Assembly (NCBI RefSeq): GCF_006345805.1
Contig: NC_042997.1
Coordinates: 193,626,001-193,690,000 of the forward strand
DNA length: 64,000 nt
DNA from: Octopus sinensis
Lineage: Eukaryota
Reading direction: 5' to 3'
In this document: in pieces, positions 39,478-53,002 of the stretch
How positions within the stretch are numbered: the first letter of the stretch is position 1
How the letters are laid out: each line of letters begins with the position of its first letter
Program-made: the position numbers and the translations under genes
The notes under the pieces: generated by a model
Told to the model about the DNA's origin: nothing
Databases searched by the model: none
The model's input: the letters and a program-made list of their open reading frames with translations, nothing else

Positions 39478-39738
39478 ACCAGGTTGAGTAAAAATTAAGC
39501 AACGTTTTGAAACATGAAATTCATCACAATATATTTCAACAATGCGGTAATTTTATTCATCAAAGTAAGTACCATTGCAATCAACACATTTTTGCTAACG
39601 AGTTACAAGTTTATTTATTCCGGTAACATAAAATTCTGGAGATCTAGGGCTGATGAACTCTTTGAACGCTTTTTCAGCAACAGTGTGATTTTTTAACTCC
39701 TCTTGCAGGAAACCATCCAGGTGCTTGAAAAAATGATA
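39478..39738 (-). pseudogene. Mariner transposase C-terminus remnant
   Basis: HFFKHLDGFL..AFKEFI..FYVTGINKLVTR*QKCVDCNGTYFDE*. Confidence 0.8.
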
Positions 39739-40024
39739 TTTGAACTCAGAACGTAAAGACAGACGAAATACCTATTTCTTTACTACCCACAAGGGGCTAA
39801 ACACAGAGAGGACAGACAAACAAGGACAGACAAATGGATTAAGTCAATTACATCGACTTAAGTACCAGTTACGCACTGGTGCGTAACTGGTACTTAATTT
39901 ATCGACCCCGAAAGGATGAAAGGCAAAGTCGACCTCGGCGGAATTTGAACTCAGAACGTAGCGGCAGACGAAATACAGCTAAGCTATTCGCCCGGCGCGC
40001 TAACGATTCTGCTAGCTCGCCGCC
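39739..40024 (-). mobile_element. SINE-D (monomer plus partial)
   Basis: Family consensus. Confidence 0.85.
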
Positions 40025-40267
40025 TAAAATACACTTGCACATATTCTTAAAACAGATTACTAGTCTTTTAAGCCCTTGTATATCTGTATATTACATAATC
40101 TTCTCAGCACCTTGTAATTGGAAACTATAAAAGAAACCAAATAGGATAAAATCTAAAGCTGATCAATGAATGTTTCTCTTCTTTTCTGTGACACTCTCAG
40201 ATTAGGAAATGGTTTCACCAGAGGAATACAGGTTATAAAGTCGTTGCGGGAGGCTGCTGTTTCGTAT

Positions 40268-40492
40268 ACTTATTTCTTTACTACCCACAAGGGGCTAAAC
40301 ACAGAAGGGACAAACAAGGACAGACAAACGGATTAAGTCGATTACATCGACCCCAGTGCGTAACTGGTACTTAATTTATCGACCCCGAAAGGATGAAAGG
40401 CAAAGTCGACCTCGGCGGAATTTGAACTCAGAACGTAACGGCAGACGAAATACGGCTACGCATTTCGCCCAGCGTGCTAACGTTTCTGCCAG
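40268..40492 (-). mobile_element. SINE-D monomer
   Basis: Family consensus. Confidence 0.9.
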
Positions 40493-40662
40493 CTGTTTCG
40501 TATACCGTCACCGGCAAGGAAACATATGTGGTAAAAAATACTCCACCTAAGGTGGGTGGTGGTACAAGTACAGCAAGTGCATTTACGAGATATTAATTAC
40601 AGCAAGTTTGATTTCCTAATCAGTCAGGTACCACAAATATATTAGTTTTTTTGTTTTTAGGA

Positions 40663-40813
40663 GTGGGTGTGTGGTAAGTAGCTTGCTTACCAGCCACACG
40701 GTTCTGGGTTCAGTCCACAGCGTGGCACCTCGGGTAAGTCTTCTGCTATCGCCGCGGGCCGACCAAAGCCTTGTGAGTGGATTTGGTAGACGGAAACTGG
40801 AAGAAGCCCGTTG

Positions 40814-40862
<49 letters not shown>

Positions 40863-41060
40863 TATATATGTTTGTGTGTTTGTGTTTGTCTCCCTCCCAA
40901 CATCGCTTGACAACCGATGTTGGTGTGTTTACGTCCCGTGACTTAACGGTTCGGCAAAAGAGACCGATAGAATAAGTTCTAGGCTTACATAAAATAAGTG
41001 CTGGAGTCGATTTATTCGACTAAGGGCGGTGCTCAAGCATGGTCGCAGTCAAAAGATGGA
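40663..41060 (+). mobile_element. SINE-C
   Basis: Family consensus with internal (TA)n. Confidence 0.9.
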
Positions 41061-41219
41061 AACAAAAAAAAAATACTATTGTTGAATAAGTTTTTTTTTG
41101 CTTTTTGTGTGTTCTTTTTTTGTTTTTTTTATGGAATTTTCCCAATCATAGAAAAAAAAATGCCGAGGAAAAGATGTTTAAATATCTCTCTAGAATATTT
41201 CACATTAAGATTTCAGACT

Positions 41220-41740
41220 AAAACACTCACACGCACGCACACACATACATACCTACACACACACACACAGAAGCACGCATGCACACACACACACGTACAT
41301 ACACACACACACACATACACACACACAGAAGCACGCATGCACACACACACACATACACACACACACACATACACACACATACACACACACATATATACAC
41401 ACACACAAGGACGCATGCGCACAGGCACACACAACCACACGCACACACACACACATACAAGTACAAACGCACACACATGCACATATACACACACACACAC
41501 GCACACACATACACACACACAGAAGCACGCATGCACACACACACATATACACACACACACATACACATACGCACACACATATATACACACACACAAGGAC
41601 GCATGCACACAGGCACACACAACCATACACACACACATACAAGCACAAACGCACACACATGCACATACACACACACACCACACACACACACACACGCACA
41701 CACACGCACATACATACAAGCACAAACACGCACACACAAA
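41220..41740. repeat. Compound (CA)n tract with a ~188-bp internal duplication
   Basis: aggacgcatg..acaggcacacacaacca repeated at ~41408 and ~41596; agaagcacgcatgc three times. Confidence 0.9.
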
Positions 41741-41807
41741 CTGTATAAAAACGTATTACAAGAGATAAACACGCTTCGAACAAATGAAATGCAAACAAAA
41801 AACAAAA

Positions 41808-41856
<49 letters not shown>

Positions 41857-41903
41857 CTTGTAATAATACAGATAAAAACTGAGAAATGTGAAGATTATGT
41901 ATC

Positions 41904-41925
41904 GTAAACAAGTTGCTATGGATAC
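41904..41925. promoter_or_regulatory. Candidate forkhead site directly adjacent to an RFX X-box
   Basis: GTAAACA (41904-41910) followed after 1 nt by GTTGCTATGGATAC (41912-41925); motif match only. Confidence 0.25.
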
Positions 41926-42600
41926 AGCTTCATTTTGGTTGAATGAGACTCAAATAATGCTTTGCTAGTGTGAGGGGAGGGGTAGGAGTAATAATAGCGT
42001 TTCTCAGGTTTAACACTCAACTGCATAATAGAACAAAATAATACAAGTTCCCTTTCACCTCTCTCCCTCCTTCTCTCTCTCTCTATCTCTATCTCTCTCT
42101 ATCTCTATTTCTATTTCTGTCTCTCTCTCTCTCACTTTGTCTCTGTCTCTGCTCTCTCTTCCGTTCTCTCTTCCTGCGTTGCTAGGGTGTTGAAAAGCAG
42201 GTTGAGTACTGAATAGCAGGTAGAGATCGAGAAGTCAATGGTTTTGTAGCCAGTCAGTGATTTTGGAAGGAGAATGTTTTTATAGCATAGTGAAGAGAGG
42301 CGGAAGGGCAGCGCCTATGGAATTTCTGTAGTACTTCCGAAACTGGTGGTCGATAAAGGAAGAACAGATATAAAAAAAAAAGGAAGGAAAATTAGGAAGG
42401 TGATTCTCATACGAGAGACATGGTCCAAATATTTGCAACAGAATATGCTTTGCTGAGGACAAGCACGGGCCAGGAGACTACATGTAAGGCAACGTGGTTA
42501 AAGGTTCGCTTCACGTAGTGACGGATAACACTGTAACACTGTTACATTGTAATTTTAACTGGCTTACATTGTTGAGTAATGATTGAACACTATGCAGCTT

Positions 42601-42635
<35 letters not shown>

Positions 42636-42638
42636 TTT

Positions 42639-42955
42639 AGACTCGGCCGGTTACGACGACGAGGGTCCCAGCTGATACGATCAACGGAACAGCTTGCTCG
42701 TGAAATTAACGTGCAAATGGGTGAGCATTCCACAGACACGTGTACCCTTAACGTAGTTCTCCGGGATAATCAGCGTGACACAGAGAGTGACAAGGCTGAC
42801 CCTTTGAAATACGAGTACAACTCATTTTTGCCAGCTGAGTGGACTGGAGCAACGTGAAATAAAGTGTCTTGCTCAAGGACACAACGCGTCGCCGGGAATC
42901 GAACTCACAACCTTACGATCATGAGCCGAATGCCCTAACCACTAAGCCACGCGCC
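42639..42955 (-). mobile_element. SINE-B with tail type i
   Basis: Head like 37296; tail like that of 17115-17498 (gttaatttcacgagca.gctgttccgttgatcg). Confidence 0.9.
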
Positions 42956-42959
42956 CCCA

Positions 42960-43002
<43 letters not shown>

Positions 43003-43104
43003 ATATATATACATATATATATACATATATATATATATTATATATATATATATATATATAACATATATATATACATATATATTATATATATATATATATA
43101 ATAT

Positions 43105-43136
<32 letters not shown>

Positions 43137-43137
43137 C

Positions 43138-43210
<73 letters not shown>

Positions 43211-43239
43211 ATATATCATATATATATATACACATATAT

Positions 43240-43625
43240 AGGCGCAGGAGTGGCTATGTGGTAGGTGGCTTGCTTGCTTACCAGCCAAATGGTTCCGGGT
43301 TCAGTCCCACTGCGTGGCACCTTGGGCAAGTGTCTTCTACTGTACCCTCGGACCAACCAAAGCCTTGTGAGTGGATTTGGTAGACGGAAACTGAAAGAAG
43401 CCCGTCGTATATATATGTGTGTGTGTGTGTGTGTGGTGTGTATTTGTGTGTCTGTGTTTGTTCTCCCAACAACGCTTGATAACCGATGCTGGTATGTTTA
43501 CGTCACCTTCACTTAGCGGTGCGGCAAGAGAGACCGATAGAATAAGTACTAGGCTTACAAAGAATAAGTCCTGGGGTGGATTTGTTCCACCATGGCCGCA
43601 GTCAAATTACTAAAATAAGTAAAAG
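43240..43625 (+). mobile_element. SINE-C
   Basis: Family consensus. Confidence 0.9.
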
Positions 43626-43671
43626 AAAAGAAAGAAAGAATATGTATATATATGTATACAGAGAGAGAGAT

Positions 43672-43672
<1 letters not shown>

Positions 43673-43765
<93 letters not shown>
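43673..43765. repeat. (GATA)n microsatellite
   Basis: Direct reading. Confidence 0.95.
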
Positions 43766-44159
43766 TTTCGTTTTCGTATTTGGCTTCAAGATTCTTGGTG
43801 TGAATTTGTGTGTCGAAGCAAATTTCGTCGTGTCTAGGGAGAACTATTACGCCAATAATAATCTATTCTACTCTAGGCACAAGGCCCGAAAGTTTGGAAG
43901 ATTAGATCGACCCCAGTACGAAACTAGTAGTTAATTTATCAACCCCGAAAGAATGGAAGGAAAAATCGACCTCGGCGGAAGTTGAACTCATTACGCCAAT
44001 AATAATAACACACGCACTGGTTCATTATCACTGCTTTATTGTTAGTCAGTGAGTCATTCTCTAGGAACAATGGTCCTATTTTATACTGTATTGTGGCTGT
44101 TTCCTTTGCGAATTTATAGAAATCTTTGGAATTCGTATTTATGCTTTCCGCAGCACTGT

Positions 44160-44319
44160 TCTCTCTCTCTCTCTCCCCCCCTTCTCTCTCTCTCCCCTCT
44201 CCCTCTCTCTCTCTCTCTCTCTCTCCCTCCCCCTCTCTCTCTCCTCTTTCTCTCTCTCCTTTCTCTCTCTTCTCTTTCTCTCTCTCTCTCTCTCTCCTCT
44301 CTCTCTCCTCTCTCTCTCT

Positions 44320-44365
<46 letters not shown>
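44160..44365. repeat. (CT)n tract
   Basis: Direct reading. Confidence 0.95.
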
Positions 44366-44423
44366 CTCTGCTCTTTCCTTTCGTGAGAGAGTTTAATCTT
44401 GTTTTCGATTTCTAGGAGTATCC

Positions 44424-44843
44424 GGCGAGCTGGCAGAAACGTTAGCACGCCGGGCCAAATGCTTAGCAGTATTTCGTCTGCCGCTACGTTCTGAGTTCAA
44501 ATTCCGCCGCGGTCGGCTTTGCCTTTCATCCTTTCGGGGTCGATTAAATAAGTACTAGTTACGCACTGGGGTTGATATAATCGACTTAATCCGTTTGTGT
44601 GTCCTTGTTTGTCTTCTCTGTGTTTAGCCCCTTATGGGTAATAAAGAAATAGTTATTTCGTCTACCGTTATGTTTCTGAGTTTCAAACTCCACCCACCGA
44701 AGTCGACTTGCCTTTCATCCTTTGGGGTCCGATAAATTAAGTACCAGTTACGCACTGGGGTCGATGTAATCGACTTAATATCCGTTTTGTCTGACCTTGT
44801 TTGTCTTCTCTGTGTTAGCCCCTTGTGGGAAATAAAGAAATAG
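44424..44843 (+). mobile_element. SINE-D dimer; TSD taggagt.tccg
   Basis: Two cores bounded by one duplication. Confidence 0.88.
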
Positions 44844-44859
44844 GAGTGTCCGTATTAAG

Positions 44860-45430
44860 ATAGACGTCTCCTCCCTGTCCTTCACTTGCCTATTGAGCCT
44901 CTTTGAGACTTTTGACTTGCATCTCATAAGGATTTTTCTGTCCCTGGAATCTTGTTTATCGGTATGCTGGCCTTCTTTCTGGGGTAAATTTAGTACATAA
45001 AGCTTGCACTGTTGACATAAACTGGCTGAGTTTCAAGTCAATGTCTTACATACACAGAATGTTGGATGAGTTTCGTTTGTGGATCTCTTTACAGATGATT
45101 CCCATTTTGCTTTATTGAAATTCAGGTTGGATAAGGCTTGAATCCTCCTGATAGAGTAGATACCAGCAGTTCACTTAGGACCATACACAGTTAGTTCAAC
45201 AACGTTGTAACCTGAGAGTGCTGTTAGAATCATCTTCACATTATGGATAAGGTCCACATTATTTGTGAGGTAGAGGTTCAATATATGTTTCCCCTGGTTG
45301 GCCTGAGTATACTTGCCACATGAACAGCATATTAGAAAGTTTATATAATGACTCTACATGTTTTCGTTCATGCTGTGACATCCCAGAAAGGATGTGGCCT
45401 TCGTGCCATTTAACATGGAGGAGGTTGAAG
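44860..45430 (-). pseudogene. CR1/L2-group LINE remnant (endonuclease C-terminus and linker)
   Basis: QGKHILNLYLTNNVDLIHNV..TALSGYNVVEL resembles TRG.NILDL.LTN..SDH; LNFNKAKW; KIPRDRKILMR. Confidence 0.6.
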
Positions 45431-45615
45431 TAACCCAGGAAGAGTATACTCTCTTTTACTCTTTTACACTTGTTTCAGTCATTTGACTGCGGGCATGCTG
45501 GAGCACCGCTATTAGTCGAGCAAATCGACCCCAGGACTTATTCTTTGTAAGCCTATTTTTACGTATTCTATCGGTCTCTTTTGCCGAACCGCTAATTTTA
45601 CGGGACATGAACACA

Positions 45616-45715
45616 NNNNNNNNNNNNNNNNNNNNNNNNNNNNNNNNNNNNNNNNNNNNNNNNNNNNNNNNNNNNNNNNNNNNNNNNNNNNNNNNNNNNN
45701 NNNNNNNNNNNNNNN
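45616..45715. other. Assembly gap (100 N)
   Basis: Run of N. Confidence 1.
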
Positions 45716-45949
45716 AGCAGAACCACCACCACCACCACCACCACAGCCACAACCAATACCAGCATCACCACAACCATCGCCACGACGTCGACGACGACCA
45801 CTACCACCACCACGATCATCATCATCATCATCATCATCACCATCATAAACATCATGATCGTCAAAATCGTCCTTCTATAGATATATAGAAAATAATAATA
45901 GGACAGTATATACTTCGAAGCCGAAATGCTGATGTAGACCAAGCAACAA

Positions 45950-46803
45950 CCCATCAGTGACTGAGAAGTTCATATTGACGGCACAAGACCAAACCTTGCT
46001 TACCAAAATCTACTAGGCTAACGTTCTTCAAAACGGTTCTGACCCTAAACGCAGATTCTGCGATAAATTTGATGAAACAATAGACCATCTCATCTCGGGA
46101 TGTCCTGTGCTAACACCAAACGAAAACGAATACAAAAATTGCCACGATAGGGTAGGACAGTATTTGCATTAGAAAATATGTAAACACTACAAAATTAACA
46201 TTCCCTCTTACTGGTATGAACATCATCCTTGAGCTAGTCGTTGAAGGTAAAAATGTCACTGTCCTTTGAGATTTTCCAGTCAACACCAACAGAATGATCC
46301 AGGCTAATCGACCAGACATAGTCATTAAAGACAGGGAAGAAAATACTTGTAGACTAATAGATGTAAGTGTTCCCACTGATAAAAATATATCTGTAAACGA
46401 ATTTAACAAGTGAAGTAAATAAAAGGATCCGGAAATCGAAATACAAAAAAATGTGGCATCTTAAAGCGAGAAATGTTCCTGTTATTGTAGGTGCCCTCGG
46501 TATGATAAGAAAGGGATGTCAAAATCATCTAGATAATATCCCAGGAGAACCATATCTCAGAGAAATCCAAAAGACTGTGCTAACAAGTGCTATCTACATC
46601 CTTAGAAAAACCCTATCAATTTAAATGTACGTGTTGTATTACATGAAGATATTTCGTTACTACTCCTGCCACTTCTCCTCCCCCAAGCTTTCAGTCATAC
46701 TGCAACATCTCCTAGCCTTCACTCGCCCTAGGACGCTGGGTGTGTCTCAGCAACTGACTGTGACAAACATGCGGATTAAATGTAAATGATGATGATGATG
46801 ATG

Positions 46804-46835
<32 letters not shown>

Positions 46836-46838
46836 AAT
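45950..46838 (+). mobile_element. R4/Dong-type non-LTR retrotransposon 3' end (zinc knuckle + restriction-like endonuclease) with (TGA/TAA)n tail
   Basis: AQDQTL..RFCDKFDETIDHLISGCP..HDRVG..ANRPDIVIKD..CRLIDVSVPTD..VPVIVGALGMI..ILRKTLSI*; stops and frameshifts. Confidence 0.88.
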
Positions 46839-46839
46839 G

Positions 46840-47385
46840 CAGTACCAGGCACTCGCTCACATGGCTTCTGATCTTAACTGATTGGAAGTGTCATCATGCA
46901 TATGTTTCGCCTTGGTATAAAAAAAGGGCTACAGCAAATATTCTGCTCAATGCCACAGATTTGCTTGTCATTTGTTTGACCTTAACCAGTTGAGCATGTC
47001 CCTTAGTGGCTGACGATATGTGCATCTCTGATCATGAGCAGAAGTAGTGGGGGAGCATCATAGCCGTGTATTGAAACGAATTCTTAGAGGTTTGGATAAT
47101 TCACCTTTGGAAACATGGGTGGTTCGTTCAACATCCTTAAACAATCCTTATTCAGGGACCTTTTGAGTGGGATGGGCTACTCGACAAGAAGAAAATTCTA
47201 ACTGGGCTCCACCTGCAAGGTCATGTGCTGTTAATCTTGATATGAGATCACCATATCGCGCACATATGGTTGTGATGCATGTGCCTGGTGTGTCCTTATC
47301 AGACGAGTAGTCATGATGGGTATGCTGGGCTTCGTATATTTTACCCCAGTGTCACTTTGATGGCATGCACTGCTCTCTCACTCAA
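46840..47385. repeat. ~550-bp unclassified interspersed-repeat candidate between (TAA)n and (TGA)n runs
   Basis: Higher-GC block with no ORF or tRNA head, sharply bounded by trinucleotide runs; only one copy in this window. Confidence 0.4.
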
Positions 47386-47672
47386 TAATGATGATGATGA
47401 TGATGATAATGATGATGATGATCATCATCATCATAATAATAATAACAACAACAACAACAACAACAACAGCAATAATAATAATAAACCTCCACCAGGGCAA
47501 AACCAACGTCCTCTCAACTATTAGCAGGAGACGATTTTTGAAATGAGAATATCTAAAATAAACACGATTACTCTTACAAATGTCCATGTTAAAAATGAAC
47601 TCGACCGCTCACAATAATTAAGTAAAGAAAATGGGAAAATAATCCAGAATCCTTTTCGGTACCTGATCGATC

Positions 47673-47933
47673 TTAGTGGTAGTCGTGGAAATTGAAGGTG
47701 GGTGTGCGCGCCGTGTGTGTGTCATCTGCAGTGTGTGTCATCTCTATGAAGGCCTCTTTTAGTCTATCCACTGATATAGTGTCTCTACAACCTTTAAGGT
47801 TTGTAGTGAAAAATTTATCAGTGCGTGAAAGAAAACGGAAAGAACCGGCATGCGGTGCTGTTAACGGAGGTTTAACAACACCGTTGCGCACGAAAACGTG
47901 AGTCCAAGAGTAAAGAAGTAAAGCTTCCTTCAA
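47673..47933 (-). pseudogene. Ty3/Gypsy pol C-terminal (post-integrase) fragment
   Basis: HVFVRNGVVKPPLTAPHAGSFRFLSRTDKFF..DTISVDRLKEAF matches the HVFVR..L..PY.GPF.V..VS.DRLK motif. Confidence 0.75.
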
Positions 47934-48284
47934 GGCAGAGCTAGAAATGCGTTTAACTCCATTTATTTATTTATCTATATTATTTAAAAACGTTTCACTC
48001 AAACCTGGAGTTTCTAGCTTTATAAGTAGGCTGTTACATCCTTGGTACTTGTGTGAATTTTTGCTACCCTGTAACTAATTATTTATTTTTCCGTGTTATT
48101 TATACTGAAAAACACATGCATACATACATACATACAGACATACATACATACATAAATACATACATACATACATACATACACGCATACATACATACATACA
48201 TACATACATACATACACACATACACACATACATACATACACACATACATACATACATACATACATACAGACAGACAGACAGACA

Positions 48285-48350
<66 letters not shown>

Positions 48351-48480
48351 TATATATATTATATCTAATATATATATATATATATATATAATTGGAATGG
48401 AAGAAATGGAGTTGAACGAAGATTGTACAGAATTCCTTTTATTACATTCACACACGAGATCTATATATATATATATATAT

Positions 48481-48530
<50 letters not shown>

Positions 48531-48997
48531 TATATATAATATATATAATATATATACGTATATAAGAATAGAACAGATTTTGTAGGGTACAGTATAGAAT
48601 ATTGGTTAATAATAATAATAAGGTTAGTTAGAAGAAACGAGGGAATTGTTCCTTAGTTTGTTCATATACAGGTAGAGAAAAATCTTCAAATTTGCCAAGG
48701 AAATGAAATGGAATGAAATAAAATAAAATTAAATAAAGTAAAATAAAAGAAGTATATTTACATTATTACTTCTAGGAATGTTTCGAAAAATTCTCAAATG
48801 TGATGACGTAAATATTTTATTTTATTTCATTTTACTAATTTCTATTTTATGTTATTTCGTTTCCTTGGAAAATCTAAAGACTTTCTGCACATGTATGTAA
48901 ATAAACGAAGGAACCATTCCTTTGTTTCTCCTCACTAATCTTATTATTATTCCCATTATGCATGCATATGTACGTACACACATAATATATATATATA

Positions 48998-49054
<57 letters not shown>

Positions 49055-49731
49055 CCTTTAAACCAGAAACAACGTTATTATTTCTTCACAACCTCCACAT
49101 AATTCTTCAGTTATTTAGTACATTCTGAATCATTAAATGATGTTCTTTTGTATTTTCTGTTATGGAGTCTTTAGCGTTATACCGCATTATAAATCTTTCT
49201 GTTTTTGAGATTCTCGGACAGTGTTGTGTTTTTTTTCACTATTCATTCTTCTTTGCGCAATCTTTTCAGGTTTTGGTTAAACAGGAGCCTCTTTTGCTGA
49301 AGTCTTAGAACAACATTTGTTAATCACATTTTCAGTTTTGTTTGCCGTTTTGTAACAGCTCCAATCTCTTCTTATTTGTCTGTTATCTCAACAACTCTTT
49401 TACATTTTTGGCTTCCTTGAAAGCAGTATTTTGTTACGTTCATGTTGTGTCACGTTTTGACTGTTTCCAGTTATTCTTTACTTAATATTTTTGTAGATCT
49501 CCATAAGATATTTTACAATAATATATTTGTTCCTTTTGTGAATTTGTGGTGAATATATTTATCTGGCTGTTTTTGGACGCTGTATTTTACACACAGTCTT
49601 TATTAGTATAGTTCTTCTTCTTCTTCTTCTTCTTCTTCTTCTTCTTCTTCTTCTTCTTCTTCTTCTTCTTCTTCTTCTTCTTCTTCTTCTTCTTCTTCTT
49701 CTTCTTCTTCTTCTTCTTCACCTTCTTCTAT

Positions 49732-49778
<47 letters not shown>

Positions 49779-50089
49779 TTACTACTATTTATTATGATTA
49801 TTACCTTTCAAATCTTTAGCTTCTATTTGGAAATACGATAAATTTTTACTGGAACAACTAAACTATTGACACCTACTGACTTATTTTTGACACTTAGCTA
49901 TGTTTCAAGTATCACTCTAATGCTTCGGTGATATTTTCTTTCATTTTTGTGTTGTAGGCTGCATAGTCCAGGAGCTGGGCATGGTCGAATAGTTGTAAAC
50001 ATGTTCGAACGGTTAAGAATTTCATTTCACAATTGTAAAATTCTCGGTTCAATTCGACTGTGCGACATCTTGAGCAATTGACTTTTGCC

Positions 50090-50158
50090 ATAGCTTAGGG
50101 CTGATCCAATGAAACCAGCAGTCGTTATCAAGCAGTGAGGAGAACAAATACAAACACA

Positions 50159-50237
<79 letters not shown>

Positions 50238-50470
50238 GTACACACACACATACACACACATAGACGCACGAATACACACACTCACGCACATACACACACG
50301 AACACACGCAGGAATACACACACACACGATGTACTTCCACACAGATTCAGTCTACCAAACTCATAAGGTATTAATCGGCCCGAGTCTACAGTAGAAGACA
50401 CTTGCTCAAGGTGCCTCGAAATGGGATTGAACCCAAAATCACTTGGCTGCAAAGCGAGTTTCTTAACCAC
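50090..50470 (-). mobile_element. Degenerate SINE-C with internal (CA)n
   Basis: cagtctaccaaa..agtagaagacacttgc.caaggtgcc. Confidence 0.7.
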
Positions 50471-51599
50471 ACACCCAGACCTGCGACTATTAGTACATCT
50501 TTAAAACCGAAATTAATACAGATTTCTCGCGTTAATTCGTTTACTATCTGCTGGAGTATTTCCAATTATTTATCAACTGCAGGGTACAAGTATAGTTTGA
50601 CACCATCCATGTAGTCACAATACAGCTTTAATACCCGAGCCTGATCTTGGATGTTGATCAAAGGTGTTAACACTAGGAGAAAAGAGATGGATAGAGAACG
50701 ATTCCGCTTCTAAACGGATTCGTTTACATAATTCTTCCTTTTGCTTGTATCTGCAGAATTGTTTTCCATTTATTCATGACGTTTAACGAGCCTGCTTCTT
50801 ACAGGTACTAACTTACCTTTCATCATTTACTTTTCCTTTTATGACACATCTAGCAATAACTATGTACTATTCTCAAATCCTTCTTTCTCCTTCTACTGAT
50901 TCCAGTAATGTCTTTGTTGATTAGTAATTGATCTTTACATCTATATGAAACTTTTTTATTATCCCTTCTATAATCCTGGAAATGAACTGTGTTCCCCAGG
51001 CAATCATCAATCTATTGCGGTGATAATTGTACATAGAAAAATGCATTTCAATTTGACAACCGCGTTTGAAATACGTTCTTATCTAGAATGAATTACGCAT
51101 TTAAACGACTACTGCAGATGAAAAAATATCCCACAATGATACATTGAATGAATCTTGTTTAATTACCTTAAGCTCACGATGTTATAGCAATCGGGAATTT
51201 TCTTATGTTACAAATCAATATTCTAAAAATCAGAACTTGACATCATTATCAACTCAAAACTTTAAATCATTGAATGGCGACTCCAGGAAAGTTGTTTCTT
51301 TGCTGAGAAAATAAGGAAGATAGAGACTGAGTAGTTTCACATCAATAACATCTAATAGCTGAAATACAACACGTATGATAAGAAATTACTCCCAAAATAA
51401 TCAACAAAGCAGCATTATCCTGTGTGGTGTGACTTTATGACAAACTTTCGTCCTCAATGTTATCATTAAAAAGCAGTGCACCGATGAATGCTTGTAAGAT
51501 GCCAATTAGCTCAAATTGATAATTTTAATCTTCTTTAAGAAACTATCAAAATTTCTGATTAAATATTCCAGTCAAAAGAAACATTTGCGTACCAGATTT

Positions 51600-51900
51600 T
51601 ATCTTTTATTTTTTATCTTTTACATATTTCAGTCATCACACTGTGACCATGCTGGAGTACCGCCTTGAATGGTTTTGTCGAACAAATCAGTTCTACTACA
51701 TTTTAAGTCTAGAACTGATTCTATCGGTCTCTTTTGCCTGACCGCTAAGTTACGGGATGTAAATAAACCAAAACCAGTAGTCAAATGGTGGTGGTGGGGA
51801 CAAAAACAGACACACAAACATACACACACATACATACACACATACACACACATAGACACACATATATACATTCGTACACACATATACGACGGGCTTCCAC
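51600..51900 (-). mobile_element. SINE-C, 3' half
   Basis: Family consensus. Confidence 0.75.
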
Positions 51901-52127
51901 ACAACCATTTTTTTTTTCAAAATGGTGCGACACTTGTCTCAGACCTGACTTCATCAAACAAAGATTTGCTACAACGATTACAAGTGGAACGACAACATAA
52001 ACATCGAAGTAGAACCAAAATAAAACAACATCGGAAATGGTAGACAGTTTTACTAGCTGATGTTATAGAAGAAATCGAAATTTATGAACTATGTATATAT
52101 TTTTTAATTATGAACTCTAACGACGTA

Positions 52128-52806
52128 CAGGGTGGCCATAAAGCCACGCACCATCCTGCGCCATCTTTTTTTATCTCCTTTCAGAACTGCCGGTATTACT
52201 CACAAACCAATCCTCATTGGATGAAGGCATTGGATAACCAACAAGGCAGGGAAAAGGTAATGGCGTGGTGTGGGATTTGACACAACCAAGTAATTGGACC
52301 ATTTTATTTTGAGGGCTCTGTGACAGGTGTTTCATATTTGGACATGCTTGGCAACAAGATGATGTTTCACGTGCATTCATTTGGAAGGGGAAATTCTGTC
52401 TGGTTTCAGCAGGATGGGATTCCACCCCATTATGCATTATAGGTTCGTGATTTTCTGGATGAACATTTTCCAGGGGGATAGATCGAGAATCACGGGACAA
52501 TTGAATGGGCACCACGGTCACCAGATTTAATTCTCATGGACTTTTTTCTTCTGGTGTTACATTAAATCCTTTATGTATTCTGAAAAGATTCGTGACCAAG
52601 GACATCTAAGAATTGTTGAAGCGTATGAACAAGTCAACGGCAATGATGAGCTAGTTGAAAGGATTCATCACAATTTCAAATTCCGTATGAAGACTTGTTT
52701 AGAGCTACATGGCCAACACTTTGAACGTTTATAATGGATTACCTACTTCATTGCTAATAAAGCATACTTGATATCTCCCAAGGTGCGTGACTTTGTGATC
52801 ACCCTG
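52128..52806 (+). mobile_element. Tc1/mariner-superfamily deletion derivative with TIRs and TA TSD
   Basis: TA-cagggtggccataaagccacgcacc ... ggtgcgtgactttgtgatcaccctg-TA; remnant WCGI..IGPFYF..WFQQDG.PPH..WAPRSPDL..DFFFW..GQHFE. Confidence 0.9.
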
Positions 52807-53002
52807 TATATTGCCATAAGCACATTACTCTATTTGTTATATGTATAGAATGAAAGTGCGCTAGGATGCGTATCAGTCAAATCTTAATTATTTCACGACA
52901 AAGCTATTACGCCAACAAGCAACATTTGTTGAAATAAAAAGGATGATCATTATAATTTTATCCCCTAAAGTGTGATCAGTATACAAATATAACAGTAAAC
53001 GA

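Noticed and set aside
40998-41812. 256-aa His/Thr-rich ORF and its Cys/Val antisense ORFs
   Set aside because: Translations of (CA)n; they start inside a SINE or A-run.
50808-50940. Minus-strand exon ending at a perfect AG|GTAAGT donor (~50817)
   Set aside because: All three upstream frames hit stops within about 16 codons and there is no good acceptor.
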